Shown piece after piece: positions 18,585 through 27,210 of a DNA stretch of 27,512 nt. Both the position numbers and the translations under genes were made by a program. Source of the stretch: Candidatus Methanomethylophilaceae archaeon (lineage in GTDB: Archaea > Thermoplasmatota > Thermoplasmata > Methanomassiliicoccales > Methanomethylophilaceae); contig JBMNQN010000013.1 in NCBI GenBank assembly GCA_050944155.1, positions 1 to 27,512 on the forward strand. The letters run 5' to 3'. Every line of letters starts with the position of its first letter. Within the stretch, counting starts at the first letter, position 1. The notes under the pieces were generated by a model, which worked only from the letters and a program-made list of their open reading frames with translations, was not told where the DNA came from and ran no database searches.

Positions 18585-20183
18585 ATGCCCGGAAAAATTA
18601 TGCTGCTGGATTGCACGCTGAGAGACGGAGGGTATCTCAACGATTGGAAATTCGGCAACGGTACCATCACCTGCATATTCGACCGTCTCAACGAATCAGG
18701 CGTAGACATCATCGAGATCGGATTCCTTGACGAAAGACGGGAAAGAGACCCGGACAGGAGCATACAGCCCGATACCGAGGGCTTTTCCGAAGTTTACAAA
18801 AATATTCTCGGAAAAAAATCCATGGTTGTGGCTATGATAGATTACGGAACCTGCGGTTCCGATAAACTGCAGCCGAAATCGGAAACTTTCATCGACGGAA
18901 TAAGAGTCATTTTCAAAAAAGAAAACAGCCGGAAGGCCATAGAATTCGGAAAGGAAGTCATGAAAAAAGGCTATAAACTTTTTCTGAACATGATTTCCAT
19001 CACATCGTACAACGAAGAGGAAATGATTGAATTCGCCGAAGAGGTGAACAAAATCAAACCTTTTGCCGTAACGCTGGTGGATACATACGGCCTGATGCAC
19101 AAAGAACAGATGGAGTTCTATTTCGGATTGCTGGACAGACACCTGGACAGATCGATTTCAATAGGCTACCATTCCCACAACAATTTCCAGCTGGCATATT
19201 CGAATACCATCGATATGCTCAGACTGAAAACCGAAAGGAATCTCACAGTCGACGGAACGCTTTACGGAATGGGCAAGAGTGCCGGAAACGCTCCCTTAGA
19301 ACTCCTTTCCATGCATCTTAACGAAAATTACGGCAAGTCATACGACATCGACCAGATACTGGAAGCGATCGATGCCAACATACTGCCGATATACGAAAAA
19401 GGGTACTGGGGATACAGTTTTCAGTTCTATATTTCGGCAATGCAGGACTGCCATCCCAATTACGTAAACCTGCTTATGAAAAAGCGCACTCTTTCCGTGA
19501 AGGATATGAATGCCATTCTGAGAAAAATAAAACCGGAACTCAGACTCAGATACAACCAACAGCACATCGAAGAGCTTTATATGGAATATATGCTGGATAA
19601 TGTTGATGATTCGGCATGCGTGGAATCTTTGAAAAAGGAACTGGGCGGAAAAGATCTGCTGCTCATAGGCCCGGGAAAATCCTCGGTTTCCGAAAAAGAT
19701 AAAATAGCGGCATACCGCCGCAGCAGACATCCGATAACGATTTCCGTAAATTTCATTCCTGAACCGTCGGACGTAGACTACGTGTTCTTAAGCAATTCCA
19801 AACGCTACAGTCTTATGACACCGCGCATAATTGAGGAAAAACCCAAGATCATAGCCACATCGAACGTTACGCCCCTGAGGGGAAAATTCGACTACACGCT
19901 CAACTACGCGGATCTCATATCCGACTCCGACGAAATTTGGGATAACGCGTTGGTAATTCTCCTGAATTTTCTGAGAAAAATCGGTGTGAACAACATATCT
20001 CTCGCAGGTTTCGACGGATTCAGAGAAAAAACGGATATGAACTACATCGACGGAAGTTTCGATCTTTCAAAGAATTACGACTATCTTTCGGCCGTGAATA
20101 CACTCCTTACAAAAAAGCTGAAAGAATACCGTAAAGACATGAAAATAGAATTTCTGACCGAATCGCTTTACGAAAAAGAGTAA
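18585..20183 (+). CDS. DRE-TIM metallolyase (4-hydroxy-2-oxovalerate aldolase/HMGL-like) fused to a C-terminal Rossmann-like domain
   Basis: LLDCTLRDGGY, DTYG, HSHNN, GMGKSAGN in the N-terminal ~330 aa. C-terminal LLIGPGKS...ISVNF...LAGFDGF. Confidence 0.8.
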   Translation: MPGKIMLLDCTLRDGGYLNDWKFGNGTITCIFDRLNESGVDIIEIGFLDERRERDPDRSIQPDTEGFSEVYKNILGKKSMVVAMIDYGTCGSDKLQPKSETFIDGIRVIFKKENSRKAIEFGKEVMKKGYKLFLNMISITSYNEEEMIEFAEEVNKIKPFAVTLVDTYGLMHKEQMEFYFGLLDRHLDRSISIGYHSHNNFQLAYSNTIDMLRLKTERNLTVDGTLYGMGKSAGNAPLELLSMHLNENYGKSYDIDQILEAIDANILPIYEKGYWGYSFQFYISAMQDCHPNYVNLLMKKRTLSVKDMNAILRKIKPELRLRYNQQHIEELYMEYMLDNVDDSACVESLKKELGGKDLLLIGPGKSSVSEKDKIAAYRRSRHPITISVNFIPEPSDVDYVFLSNSKRYSLMTPRIIEEKPKIIATSNVTPLRGKFDYTLNYADLISDSDEIWDNALVILLNFLRKIGVNNISLAGFDGFREKTDMNYIDGSFDLSKNYDYLSAVNTLLTKKLKEYRKDMKIEFLTESLYEKE

Positions 20184-20211
20184 AAATCCGAATTGAACCG
20201 CATACCCGGCT

Positions 20212-20232
20212 CCTGCAGCACAGGAATGCAGG
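20212..20232. terminator. Possible hairpin between convergent genes
   Basis: cctgca-N9-tgcagg inverted repeat in the gap between the aldolase stop and the restored DHQS-like stop. Confidence 0.2.
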
Positions 20233-20257
20233 CGGAATCCGCTTACGGAAAAACGAA

Positions 20258-20398
20258 TTATCGGTTTATAAGATATGACGCCACTGTTTCCAGCGCGTTC
20301 TCTATTTCGGAATCCTTAACATCGGTATATTTGGAAATCTCCGTATCCGACAGAAGAATGCAGTTGTGAGTTCCGGTGTATTTTTTGTCGCGCTTCAT
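20258..20398 (-). other. Out-of-frame C-terminal segment of the DHQS-family gene (frameshift; possible pseudogene or sequence error)
   Basis: The -1 frame reads MKRDKKYTGTHNCILLSDTEISKYTDVKDSEIENALETVASYLINR* and contains the DHQS C-terminal DKK motif. The junction is an A6 run (T6 at 20398-20403 on +). Confidence 0.8.
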
Positions 20399-21315
20399 TT
20401 TTTGATGAATCCGCCGGGTTCGAAAAATTCCTTTTTCAAAGATTCGGTATCGATTATTTTTATCAGAACTTCGGCAATGCCGTCCGAATATTCCTGCGAA
20501 AGAATCCCTCTGGACACGGAAACCGAATTCGCCATAAGAATGCCTGCCGACACCGCCTGTCCGTGGGGAACCGCGTATCCGGATGCGGATTCCAGAGCAT
20601 GTCCGAACGTATGGCCGTAATTCAGGAGATTCCTGATTCCTCTGTCGAATTCGTCCTCTTCAATCAGAATTTTTTTGTAAGAAAGCGTATTCCGGATTTC
20701 TGCCGTAAGAGCAGTACGGTCTCCGGCCAGAATACCGTCCAGAACGGATGCGAACTCTTCGAATGCCGGTCTTCCTCTCATTATCGCAATTTTGGCAATC
20801 TCTCCGAGCCCGCTGCGGAATTCTCTGGCGGATAGTGTATCCAGGAAAGCGGACGATACGATAATTTTGCTCGGCGGATAGAAAGTTCCGAAAATGTTCT
20901 TGTAGCCCCCATAGTTAATCGACGACTTGCTTCCTATACAGCTGTCGGTCTGCGACAGCAGAGTTGTCGGTACGAAATACCATCTTATGCCTCTGTATAG
21001 TATCGTGGAAACAAAGCAGCAGACGTCCTGCACTATGCCTCCGCCTACAGAAATCAGAACCGTATTCCTTTTGGATTCCATGGGAAACATTTTCTCCGCA
21101 ATCTTCAGCGCCGTACCGACGGTTTTGTTTTCCTCGGCTGCATCGAGAATAAAATGGCTGCCGTCCAGCAGACTGCCGAGTTTATCAGCATATTTTTCGG
21201 CTATGTTACGGTCTGCCACAGTAAACCTGTTGTCAGCCTTTCCTAAATCCTGCAGGAATTCGAGGGAATCGGTAAACGATACGGAATACTCCCCCGCATA
21301 GGATTTGATTTTCAT
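20395..21315 (-). CDS. 3-dehydroquinate synthase (AroB)-family sugar-phosphate cyclase, truncated by frameshift
   Basis: GGGIVQD, VPTTLLSQTDSCIGSKSSIN, KNIFGTFYPP, GLGEIAK, RNLLNYGHTFGHALE, HGQAV. 306 aa as read, 352 aa if the frame is restored. Confidence 0.85.
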   Translation of the reverse strand: MKIKSYAGEYSVSFTDSLEFLQDLGKADNRFTVADRNIAEKYADKLGSLLDGSHFILDAAEENKTVGTALKIAEKMFPMESKRNTVLISVGGGIVQDVCCFVSTILYRGIRWYFVPTTLLSQTDSCIGSKSSINYGGYKNIFGTFYPPSKIIVSSAFLDTLSAREFRSGLGEIAKIAIMRGRPAFEEFASVLDGILAGDRTALTAEIRNTLSYKKILIEEDEFDRGIRNLLNYGHTFGHALESASGYAVPHGQAVSAGILMANSVSVSRGILSQEYSDGIAEVLIKIIDTESLKKEFFEPGGFIKK

Positions 21316-21974
21316 TGTATAGTATATCCTCCGTCGGCTACGATATTCTGCCCGGTGATGTATGTGTTGTCATAGCTGCCGAGAAACAGAATTATACGGG
21401 CGATTTCTTTAACGTCGGCCATTCTTCCCAGCGGGATGTTTTCTTTGATTGCAGCTATTTCTTCTTCGGTGTTGTTCCTATAGGTCATCTCGGTTGCCGT
21501 AAACCCGGGAGATACCGTGTTTACCAAAATTCCGTAAGGAGCGAGTTCGATGGCAAACGTCTCGGTAAGTCCGTGCAGACCGCGTTTTGTTGCCGAGTAA
21601 ATGCCTCTTCCGTGTTTGGATACGACACTCAGTATCGAACCGACGTTGACCACCCTGCCCTGTCTGCGGGATTTCATTCCTTCCGAGAACCCCTGAATTA
21701 TGCGCAGCGGAGAAAGAAGATTCACCGATACTGTTTCTTCCATATCGCTCTCGGAAATTTCTCCCAGATGCCTTATCGGGTTTATGCCGGCGTTATTTAC
21801 TATCGAGTCGAAAACGGCTGTTTTGTTCTCTTTCACGAAATTCATCACAGAATCATAAGAAGACAGATCCAATTCGGACCTTCCGGGCGCAGTAACGTCG
21901 TATCCATTTTCGGTGAATGCCCCGCAGACGGCCCTGCCTATGCCGCGGCTCCCCCCGGTAACTAAAACTCTCAT
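21312..21974 (-). CDS. Classical short-chain dehydrogenase/reductase (FabG-like)
   Basis: TGGSRGIG, NNAG, YSATK catalytic YxxxK, VSPG, DGG. ATGA overlap with the DHQS-like gene. Confidence 0.9.
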   Translation of the reverse strand: MRVLVTGGSRGIGRAVCGAFTENGYDVTAPGRSELDLSSYDSVMNFVKENKTAVFDSIVNNAGINPIRHLGEISESDMEETVSVNLLSPLRIIQGFSEGMKSRRQGRVVNVGSILSVVSKHGRGIYSATKRGLHGLTETFAIELAPYGILVNTVSPGFTATEMTYRNNTEEEIAAIKENIPLGRMADVKEIARIILFLGSYDNTYITGQNIVADGGYTIQ

Positions 21975-22090
21975 ACTCTGTCATGACTTTCTTGGATAAT
22001 AACAAATCCCCCGCAGAAAATTCCGTTCAACAGCCGGACCGATCCGTCAGGCAATCGGCTATCCGATAGGCTGCAAAAACCATACGGACA

Positions 22091-22990
22091 TCACGGCATT
22101 CTGGACACGGTACGTGCGATTCCTTCTTTGAATCCGTATTTCGGAACGAACCCCGTATCTTCAGTGAGTTCGCTTATGTCCGCACATAGGAACATCGCCT
22201 GATGGGGGTAGTACTCTTTAGCTCCGAATTTTATTTCGGCTTTCGGATTCACGGCATCCCTTATGTCGCTGACGAAATCTTTCATGGGACGGCATTTCCC
22301 GCTCCCCACAGGATAAATCTTCCCGTTTTTTCCGTACCTGCCTATAGCCAGCAGAGCGGCGGCGGCATCTTCCGAATAAATGTAATCCCATATCTGCCCG
22401 CATTCGGTGAGTTCCGGTACTTCTCCGGCAGATATCGTTCTGATGAGGTACATCACGAGTGTGTGTTCCGCATCCTTTTCGCCGTAAACGCTCAGAATTC
22501 TTGCCCAGCAAAATCTCATACCCAGACTGGCGCACATAAGTCCCGAAAGCTTCCCTGCCGCATATTTTGCGATTCCGTATCCGCTTTCGGGATTGGCCGG
22601 CGTATCTCCTTTGAGTCTGACGCCTGCCGGTCCGTATTCCGCCTGAGAACCCGCTCCCACGAAAACAGACGCTCCCCAGCTGTGTGCCAGGGCAACGGCA
22701 TCGAGCGTGTATCTTATGTTTTTTTCCTGAACGTAAACATCGTCTCTTCCTGATACGGATGTTTTCTCCCATCCGAGATGGAAAAACATATCGCATTTTT
22801 CCTTTCCTTCCAGCTCTTTCAGTTCCGAAATCCCGCATTCGATTATTTTCAGTCCGGTGGAATCCGGAAGATTCCCTCTTCTGGGAGAATCCGGACGTAT
22901 TACGGCAATTACTTCGTATCCGTTTTCAAGTGCCAGCTCCGCCAGGGAAGAACCTATCATACCCGTTGCGCCGGTGATTGCAATCTTCAT
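22091..22990 (-). CDS. NAD(P)-dependent epimerase/reductase (extended SDR; CDP-abequose/paratose synthase- or YerF-like)
   Basis: GATGMIG, GSQAEYG, YGIAK, WDYIY. Coupled to the ThDP enzyme gene. Confidence 0.85.
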   Translation of the reverse strand: MKIAITGATGMIGSSLAELALENGYEVIAVIRPDSPRRGNLPDSTGLKIIECGISELKELEGKEKCDMFFHLGWEKTSVSGRDDVYVQEKNIRYTLDAVALAHSWGASVFVGAGSQAEYGPAGVRLKGDTPANPESGYGIAKYAAGKLSGLMCASLGMRFCWARILSVYGEKDAEHTLVMYLIRTISAGEVPELTECGQIWDYIYSEDAAAALLAIGRYGKNGKIYPVGSGKCRPMKDFVSDIRDAVNPKAEIKFGAKEYYPHQAMFLCADISELTEDTGFVPKYGFKEGIARTVSRMP

Positions 22991-24801
22991 TTTTCCGGAT
23001 TTCCTGTGTCGATATACATGTTGCTTTCAAGCTCTTCTCTGGACAGAAACGGAGACATATCCTCGAGCGGCGGCGAATAAAGCTTTCCGTCGGGCAGTTT
23101 TTTGGTTGCCGATTTGGGTTCGAATATCTGTTCCTTAGTAACGAAAACCTCGCAGATGAGGTATCCCTCTTTCGAGAGAATTCCGTCGAGTTTGTTCATT
23201 TCGCCGTTGCTCTTTATCGAGTAATAAGGATAGCCGTATGCATATGCCAGCTTACTCAGATCCGGAAATCCCAAATCTCCGCTTTCTTCCCCTATGCCGC
23301 AGAAATTTTTATTGAAAAGATTGGTTTGGGTCAGTCTTATGGAATGGTATCCGCCGTTGTTTATGACAAACAGTTTTATCGGAAGTCTGTTGGTAACCAC
23401 CGTCTGGAGTTCCTGTATGTTCATCTGAAGGCTTCCGTCTCCGGCGATGCAGATTGTATCGGAACCGGACGCAACGCACACTCCTATGGCGGCCGGAAGG
23501 TCGTATCCCATACTGGCTATTGCGGAATTCGTGATAAATCTCTGTCCTTCTTTAACGGTGAATGCGTGGCTTCCCACGGCGCAGGCCGTCCCGTTCCCGG
23601 TTACCACCATCTTGTTTTCCGGAAGTCTGGCACTCAGCTCTTTATAAAAACAGTAAGGGTTGGCGTAACCTTCGGGAACACAGTGTCTTTCCTGAACCAC
23701 CGGGTACTTCTTTTTCCAGATTTCGCACTGTTTGAGCCATTCGGTGTTTTTGAAAACCGTTTTGCCGCCGAGCAGCGAATCCATTGTTTCCAGCAAATCT
23801 TTAGCATCGGCATGAATCGGCATGTCGACATGAAGAGACGGTTTCTTAAGCTCGTTCTCGTCGGCGTCTTCCATTATTACGAACGCTTCTCTCGCCCAGG
23901 TTTTCCAATTGAACCCTACCTGTCTGAGACTCAGCCTGCTTCCCACCGAAAACACTAAATCGCTGTTCTGAACCGCAAAATTTCCGGCACGGTTGCCGAG
24001 GCTGCCCCCTCTTCCCGCATACAGAGGATCGCTGTCGGGAATGAGATCGATGCTGTTCCAGCAGGTTACTACGGGAATGTTTAGTTTTCTGATTACTTTC
24101 CGGAAAACTCCGTAAGCTCCCGCCAGTCTTATTCCGTTTCCTGCGTAAAATACCGGACGCTCCGAAGACCGTATTTTTTCGATTATCTTTTCGACGATCT
24201 TTTTATCAGCCTTAGGAGGGATATCGTTTTCTTCTTTGCCGGGATCGAATTCTTCCAAATCTTCAGTGTCTATATATGCGCCCTGTACGTCCAAAGGGAT
24301 GTCCAGCCAACAGGGCCCCGGACGTCCGTGGGATGCCAGAAACAGCGCCTTGTCCAGACAGTATTTGATGCGTTTCGGGTCGGTGACCATTTCGCTGTAT
24401 TTAGTCATGCAGCCGATTGCTTTCGTTATGTCGAATTCCTGATCGCCCATAGACCTCAGCGGAAGTCCCGTGCTTCTTGCGGTAGTGTCGTACCTGACCT
24501 GCCCGGAAATTACAATCATCGGTATCGAATCGAGCCATCCGCCGACCACTCCCGTGATTGCGTTGGTTCCTCCGGGGCCCGTGGTAACGCAGAGCAGCGC
24601 CATTCTGTTATTAACCCTGGCATAACTTTCTGCGGCGATTGCCGATGCCTGTTCGTGATGATTGTACAGACATTTCAGACGCGGATGGTGTCCGAACGAA
24701 TCGTTTAGATGCATGGCGCCTCCGCCGACCACCGTAAAAACGTCCTTTATTCCGTAATCCGCAAGACGATCCGCAATAAAATCGGAAACTTTGACTTTCA
24801 T
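22987..24801 (-). CDS. ThDP-dependent acetolactate-synthase-like enzyme (YerE-like carboligase)
   Basis: HHEQ catalytic Glu, TTGPGGTN, GRPGP, GDGSLQMNIQEL...NNGGY ThDP motif. Located in the CDP-sugar operon. Confidence 0.85.
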   Translation of the reverse strand: MKVKVSDFIADRLADYGIKDVFTVVGGGAMHLNDSFGHHPRLKCLYNHHEQASAIAAESYARVNNRMALLCVTTGPGGTNAITGVVGGWLDSIPMIVISGQVRYDTTARSTGLPLRSMGDQEFDITKAIGCMTKYSEMVTDPKRIKYCLDKALFLASHGRPGPCWLDIPLDVQGAYIDTEDLEEFDPGKEENDIPPKADKKIVEKIIEKIRSSERPVFYAGNGIRLAGAYGVFRKVIRKLNIPVVTCWNSIDLIPDSDPLYAGRGGSLGNRAGNFAVQNSDLVFSVGSRLSLRQVGFNWKTWAREAFVIMEDADENELKKPSLHVDMPIHADAKDLLETMDSLLGGKTVFKNTEWLKQCEIWKKKYPVVQERHCVPEGYANPYCFYKELSARLPENKMVVTGNGTACAVGSHAFTVKEGQRFITNSAIASMGYDLPAAIGVCVASGSDTICIAGDGSLQMNIQELQTVVTNRLPIKLFVINNGGYHSIRLTQTNLFNKNFCGIGEESGDLGFPDLSKLAYAYGYPYYSIKSNGEMNKLDGILSKEGYLICEVFVTKEQIFEPKSATKKLPDGKLYSPPLEDMSPFLSREELESNMYIDTGNPEK

Positions 24802-26139
24802 TTATTCCCTCAGAGCCTCTTTGATTGTCCTTGCCATGTAATCTATCATTGCATCCGTCATTCCGGGATAAACCCCTACCCAGAAAGTATCGTTCATGAT
24901 TCCGTCAGTAACGGAAAGGTCTCCCACGGTGCGGTATCCTCTGCCTTCCTTTCTCATGACGTCGAAACAGGGATGGCGGATGATGTTTCCGGCAAACAGC
25001 ATTCTTGTCTGTACACCTTTCGATTCCACATATCTTACAACCTTTCTCCTGTCGGCTCCGGATTTGCATGTGATAAGGAATCCGAACCAGCTGGGATCGC
25101 TTCCCGGAAGAGCTTCTGGAAGAATTATTCTATCCTGTACATCCGAAAGCTTCTCTTTCAGAAGAGAAAAGTTATGTTTTCTTTTCTCGACGAAACCAGG
25201 CATTTTCTCGATTTGGGCACATCCGATTGCCGCCTGCATGTCCGTAGCTTTCAGATTGTAACCGAAGTGTGAATAAACATACTTGTGATCGTAACCTGCG
25301 GGCAGTTCTCCGTACTGACCGTCAAATCTGTGACCGCACATATTGTCTTTTCCGGAAGGACAGGAACAGTCCCGTCCCCAATCCCTTAACGAGCGTATAA
25401 TCCGAGAAAGTTCGTGGCTGTTGGTATAGACAGCCCCGCCTTCTCCGGTAGTCATGTGGTGGGGAGGATAAAAACTCGAAGTGCCTATGTCCCCGACTGT
25501 ACCCGTAAATTCGGAGGTTCCGCGGTAGGTGTATTTAGAACCGAGTGCGTCGCAGTTGTCTTCCACGAGCCAAAGATTGTTTTTGTCACAGAATTTTTTC
25601 ACAGCCTCAATGTCGAAGGGATTTCCGAGAGTATGTGCCAGCATTACCGCTTTTGTCTTTTCCGACAGCGCCTCTTCCAATTGGGAAACGTCCGCGTTGT
25701 ACTGCGGAACCGTCATATCCACGAACACCGGAACCGCTCCATATTGAATGCACGGCGTCACCGTCGTAGGAAATCCGCATGCGACCGTTATCACTTCGTC
25801 TCCCGGACGTACGGCTCTTTCTCCGAGACGGGGGGAAGTCAGTGCCATAAACGCCAGAAGATTGGCGGAAGACCCAGAATTGACGAAACAGCACGAAGAC
25901 ACCCCCAGATAGTTTTTCAGAGATTCTTCGAACTTTTCAGTATATCTTCCGGAGGTTAGCCAGAATTCCAAAGACGAATCTGCCAGATTGACCATTTCTT
26001 CGCGGTCGTAAACCCTAGATGCGTAGGATATGCGGTCTCCCTCCGAATACGGTTTTTTAGTGTGATATTTGTCGCAATATTCCGCAACCGATGCCAAAAT
26101 TTCTTCTCTGGCCTGTTTTTCTGTTTTTCCATCAAACAT
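24802..26139 (-). CDS. rfbH: CDP-4-keto-6-deoxy-D-glucose 3-dehydrase (E1/DdhC)
   Basis: NSGSSANL, EDNCDALG, SFYPPHHMTTGEGG (His replacing the PLP Lys) and the [2Fe-2S] motif CSCPSGKDNMC. Confidence 0.93.
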   Translation of the reverse strand: MFDGKTEKQAREEILASVAEYCDKYHTKKPYSEGDRISYASRVYDREEMVNLADSSLEFWLTSGRYTEKFEESLKNYLGVSSCCFVNSGSSANLLAFMALTSPRLGERAVRPGDEVITVACGFPTTVTPCIQYGAVPVFVDMTVPQYNADVSQLEEALSEKTKAVMLAHTLGNPFDIEAVKKFCDKNNLWLVEDNCDALGSKYTYRGTSEFTGTVGDIGTSSFYPPHHMTTGEGGAVYTNSHELSRIIRSLRDWGRDCSCPSGKDNMCGHRFDGQYGELPAGYDHKYVYSHFGYNLKATDMQAAIGCAQIEKMPGFVEKRKHNFSLLKEKLSDVQDRIILPEALPGSDPSWFGFLITCKSGADRRKVVRYVESKGVQTRMLFAGNIIRHPCFDVMRKEGRGYRTVGDLSVTDGIMNDTFWVGVYPGMTDAMIDYMARTIKEALRE

Positions 26140-27210
26140 TCAATCACTTTCCAGATAGTCCCGTATCTGTGCATCCATGCATTCCGTTACGTTCCCGCCG
26201 GATGACCATACCTTGAACCATTCCACTGTTTTCATTACCGCCGTATCAACATTCCAGTGCGGCGAAAAACCCAGCTTTTCCTTTATCAGTCCTGCATTGA
26301 GTTTCAGGTAACCCGCCTCGTGGCGTTCTCCGGTTTCGAATACGGGAGGCTTCGTACCGCCCCAGTATCTGCGGAAAATTTCGACCAATTCGCCTGTGGT
26401 AACGCAGTCTTCTTTGCGCGGCCCCACGTTGTAGTATCCCGCTTTTTCCGGATTGCTTTCCTGTTCGGCGGCAATCATAAGATACGCCGCAAGAGACTCC
26501 AATACATGCTGATAGGGTCTTACGGAACCGGGATTGCGCATGACGACCGGGGCGTCCGCCAAAGCCGCTCTTACGCAGTCGGGAATGATTCTGTTATCGG
26601 AAAAATCCCCTCCGCCGATTACGTTCCCCGCTCTTGCAGTCGAAATGCAACATCTCTCTCCGAAGAAACTGTTTCTGTAACTGTGCGTAACCAATTCCGA
26701 GCAGCTTTTGGAGTTTGAATACGGATCGTATCCGTCTAATGGATCGGTTTCTTTAAACTCCCCTCCGGTTTCGTCGTTTCTGTACACTTTGTCGGTGGTG
26801 ACATTCAGAAAGGATATTACGGAATCCGTATTTCTGACGCATTCCAGAATATTTACGGTTCCCATAACGTTTGTTTCGTATGTTTCGCGGGGATGTTCGT
26901 ATCCGTAGAGAACCAGGGGCTGCGCGGCCAGATGAAACACGAATTCTGGTTTTGCTTCATCTACAAAAGACTGAAGTTTACCGTAGTCTCTTATGTCTCC
27001 CGTCTCCGAGTGCATTCCTTCCTCTGTTTCCGCGATGGTGAAAAGATTGGGATCCGTCGGAGGTTCGAGCGAATACCCGTATACGTCCGCTCCGAAATTC
27101 TTAAGAATATGACAGAGCCAGGACCCTTTGAATCCTGTATGTCCTGTTATCAGGACTCTTCTGTTTCTGAATACGCCCGGAAGGAATTTACCAAGTTTTC
27201 CAGCGGGCAT
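26140..27210 (-). CDS. rfbG: CDP-glucose 4,6-dehydratase
   Basis: VLITGHTGFKGSWL, HLAAQPLV, TTDKVY, DPYSNSK, RAGNVIGGGD, RPYQHVLE. Start at ATG 27210, overlapping the end of rfbF. Confidence 0.93.
   Translation of the reverse strand: MPAGKLGKFLPGVFRNRRVLITGHTGFKGSWLCHILKNFGADVYGYSLEPPTDPNLFTIAETEEGMHSETGDIRDYGKLQSFVDEAKPEFVFHLAAQPLVLYGYEHPRETYETNVMGTVNILECVRNTDSVISFLNVTTDKVYRNDETGGEFKETDPLDGYDPYSNSKSCSELVTHSYRNSFFGERCCISTARAGNVIGGGDFSDNRIIPDCVRAALADAPVVMRNPGSVRPYQHVLESLAAYLMIAAEQESNPEKAGYYNVGPRKEDCVTTGELVEIFRRYWGGTKPPVFETGERHEAGYLKLNAGLIKEKLGFSPHWNVDTAVMKTVEWFKVWSSGGNVTECMDAQIRDYLESD

Noticed and set aside
20395-21315. Calling the cyclase a housekeeping aroB of the shikimate pathway
   Set aside because: No other aro genes are nearby, the context is glycan biosynthesis, and the gene is frameshifted. 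Only family-level assignment is supported.
22033-22073. 11-mer gccggaccgat shared with 18302-18312, plus short 5-bp hairpins
   Set aside because: Matches this short are expected by chance in 27 kb, so they are not supportable as elements.
2544-23958. Numerous long antisense ORFs (e.g. 2544..3320, 7029..7934, 9704..10516, 13517..14386, 22978..23958)
   Set aside because: Each mirrors a well-supported gene on the opposite strand and has no recognisable motifs.
22987-24801. Calling the ThDP enzyme ilvB as partner of ilvE/ACT
   Set aside because: It is embedded and coupled within a CDP-sugar operon, which fits a YerE-like role better.
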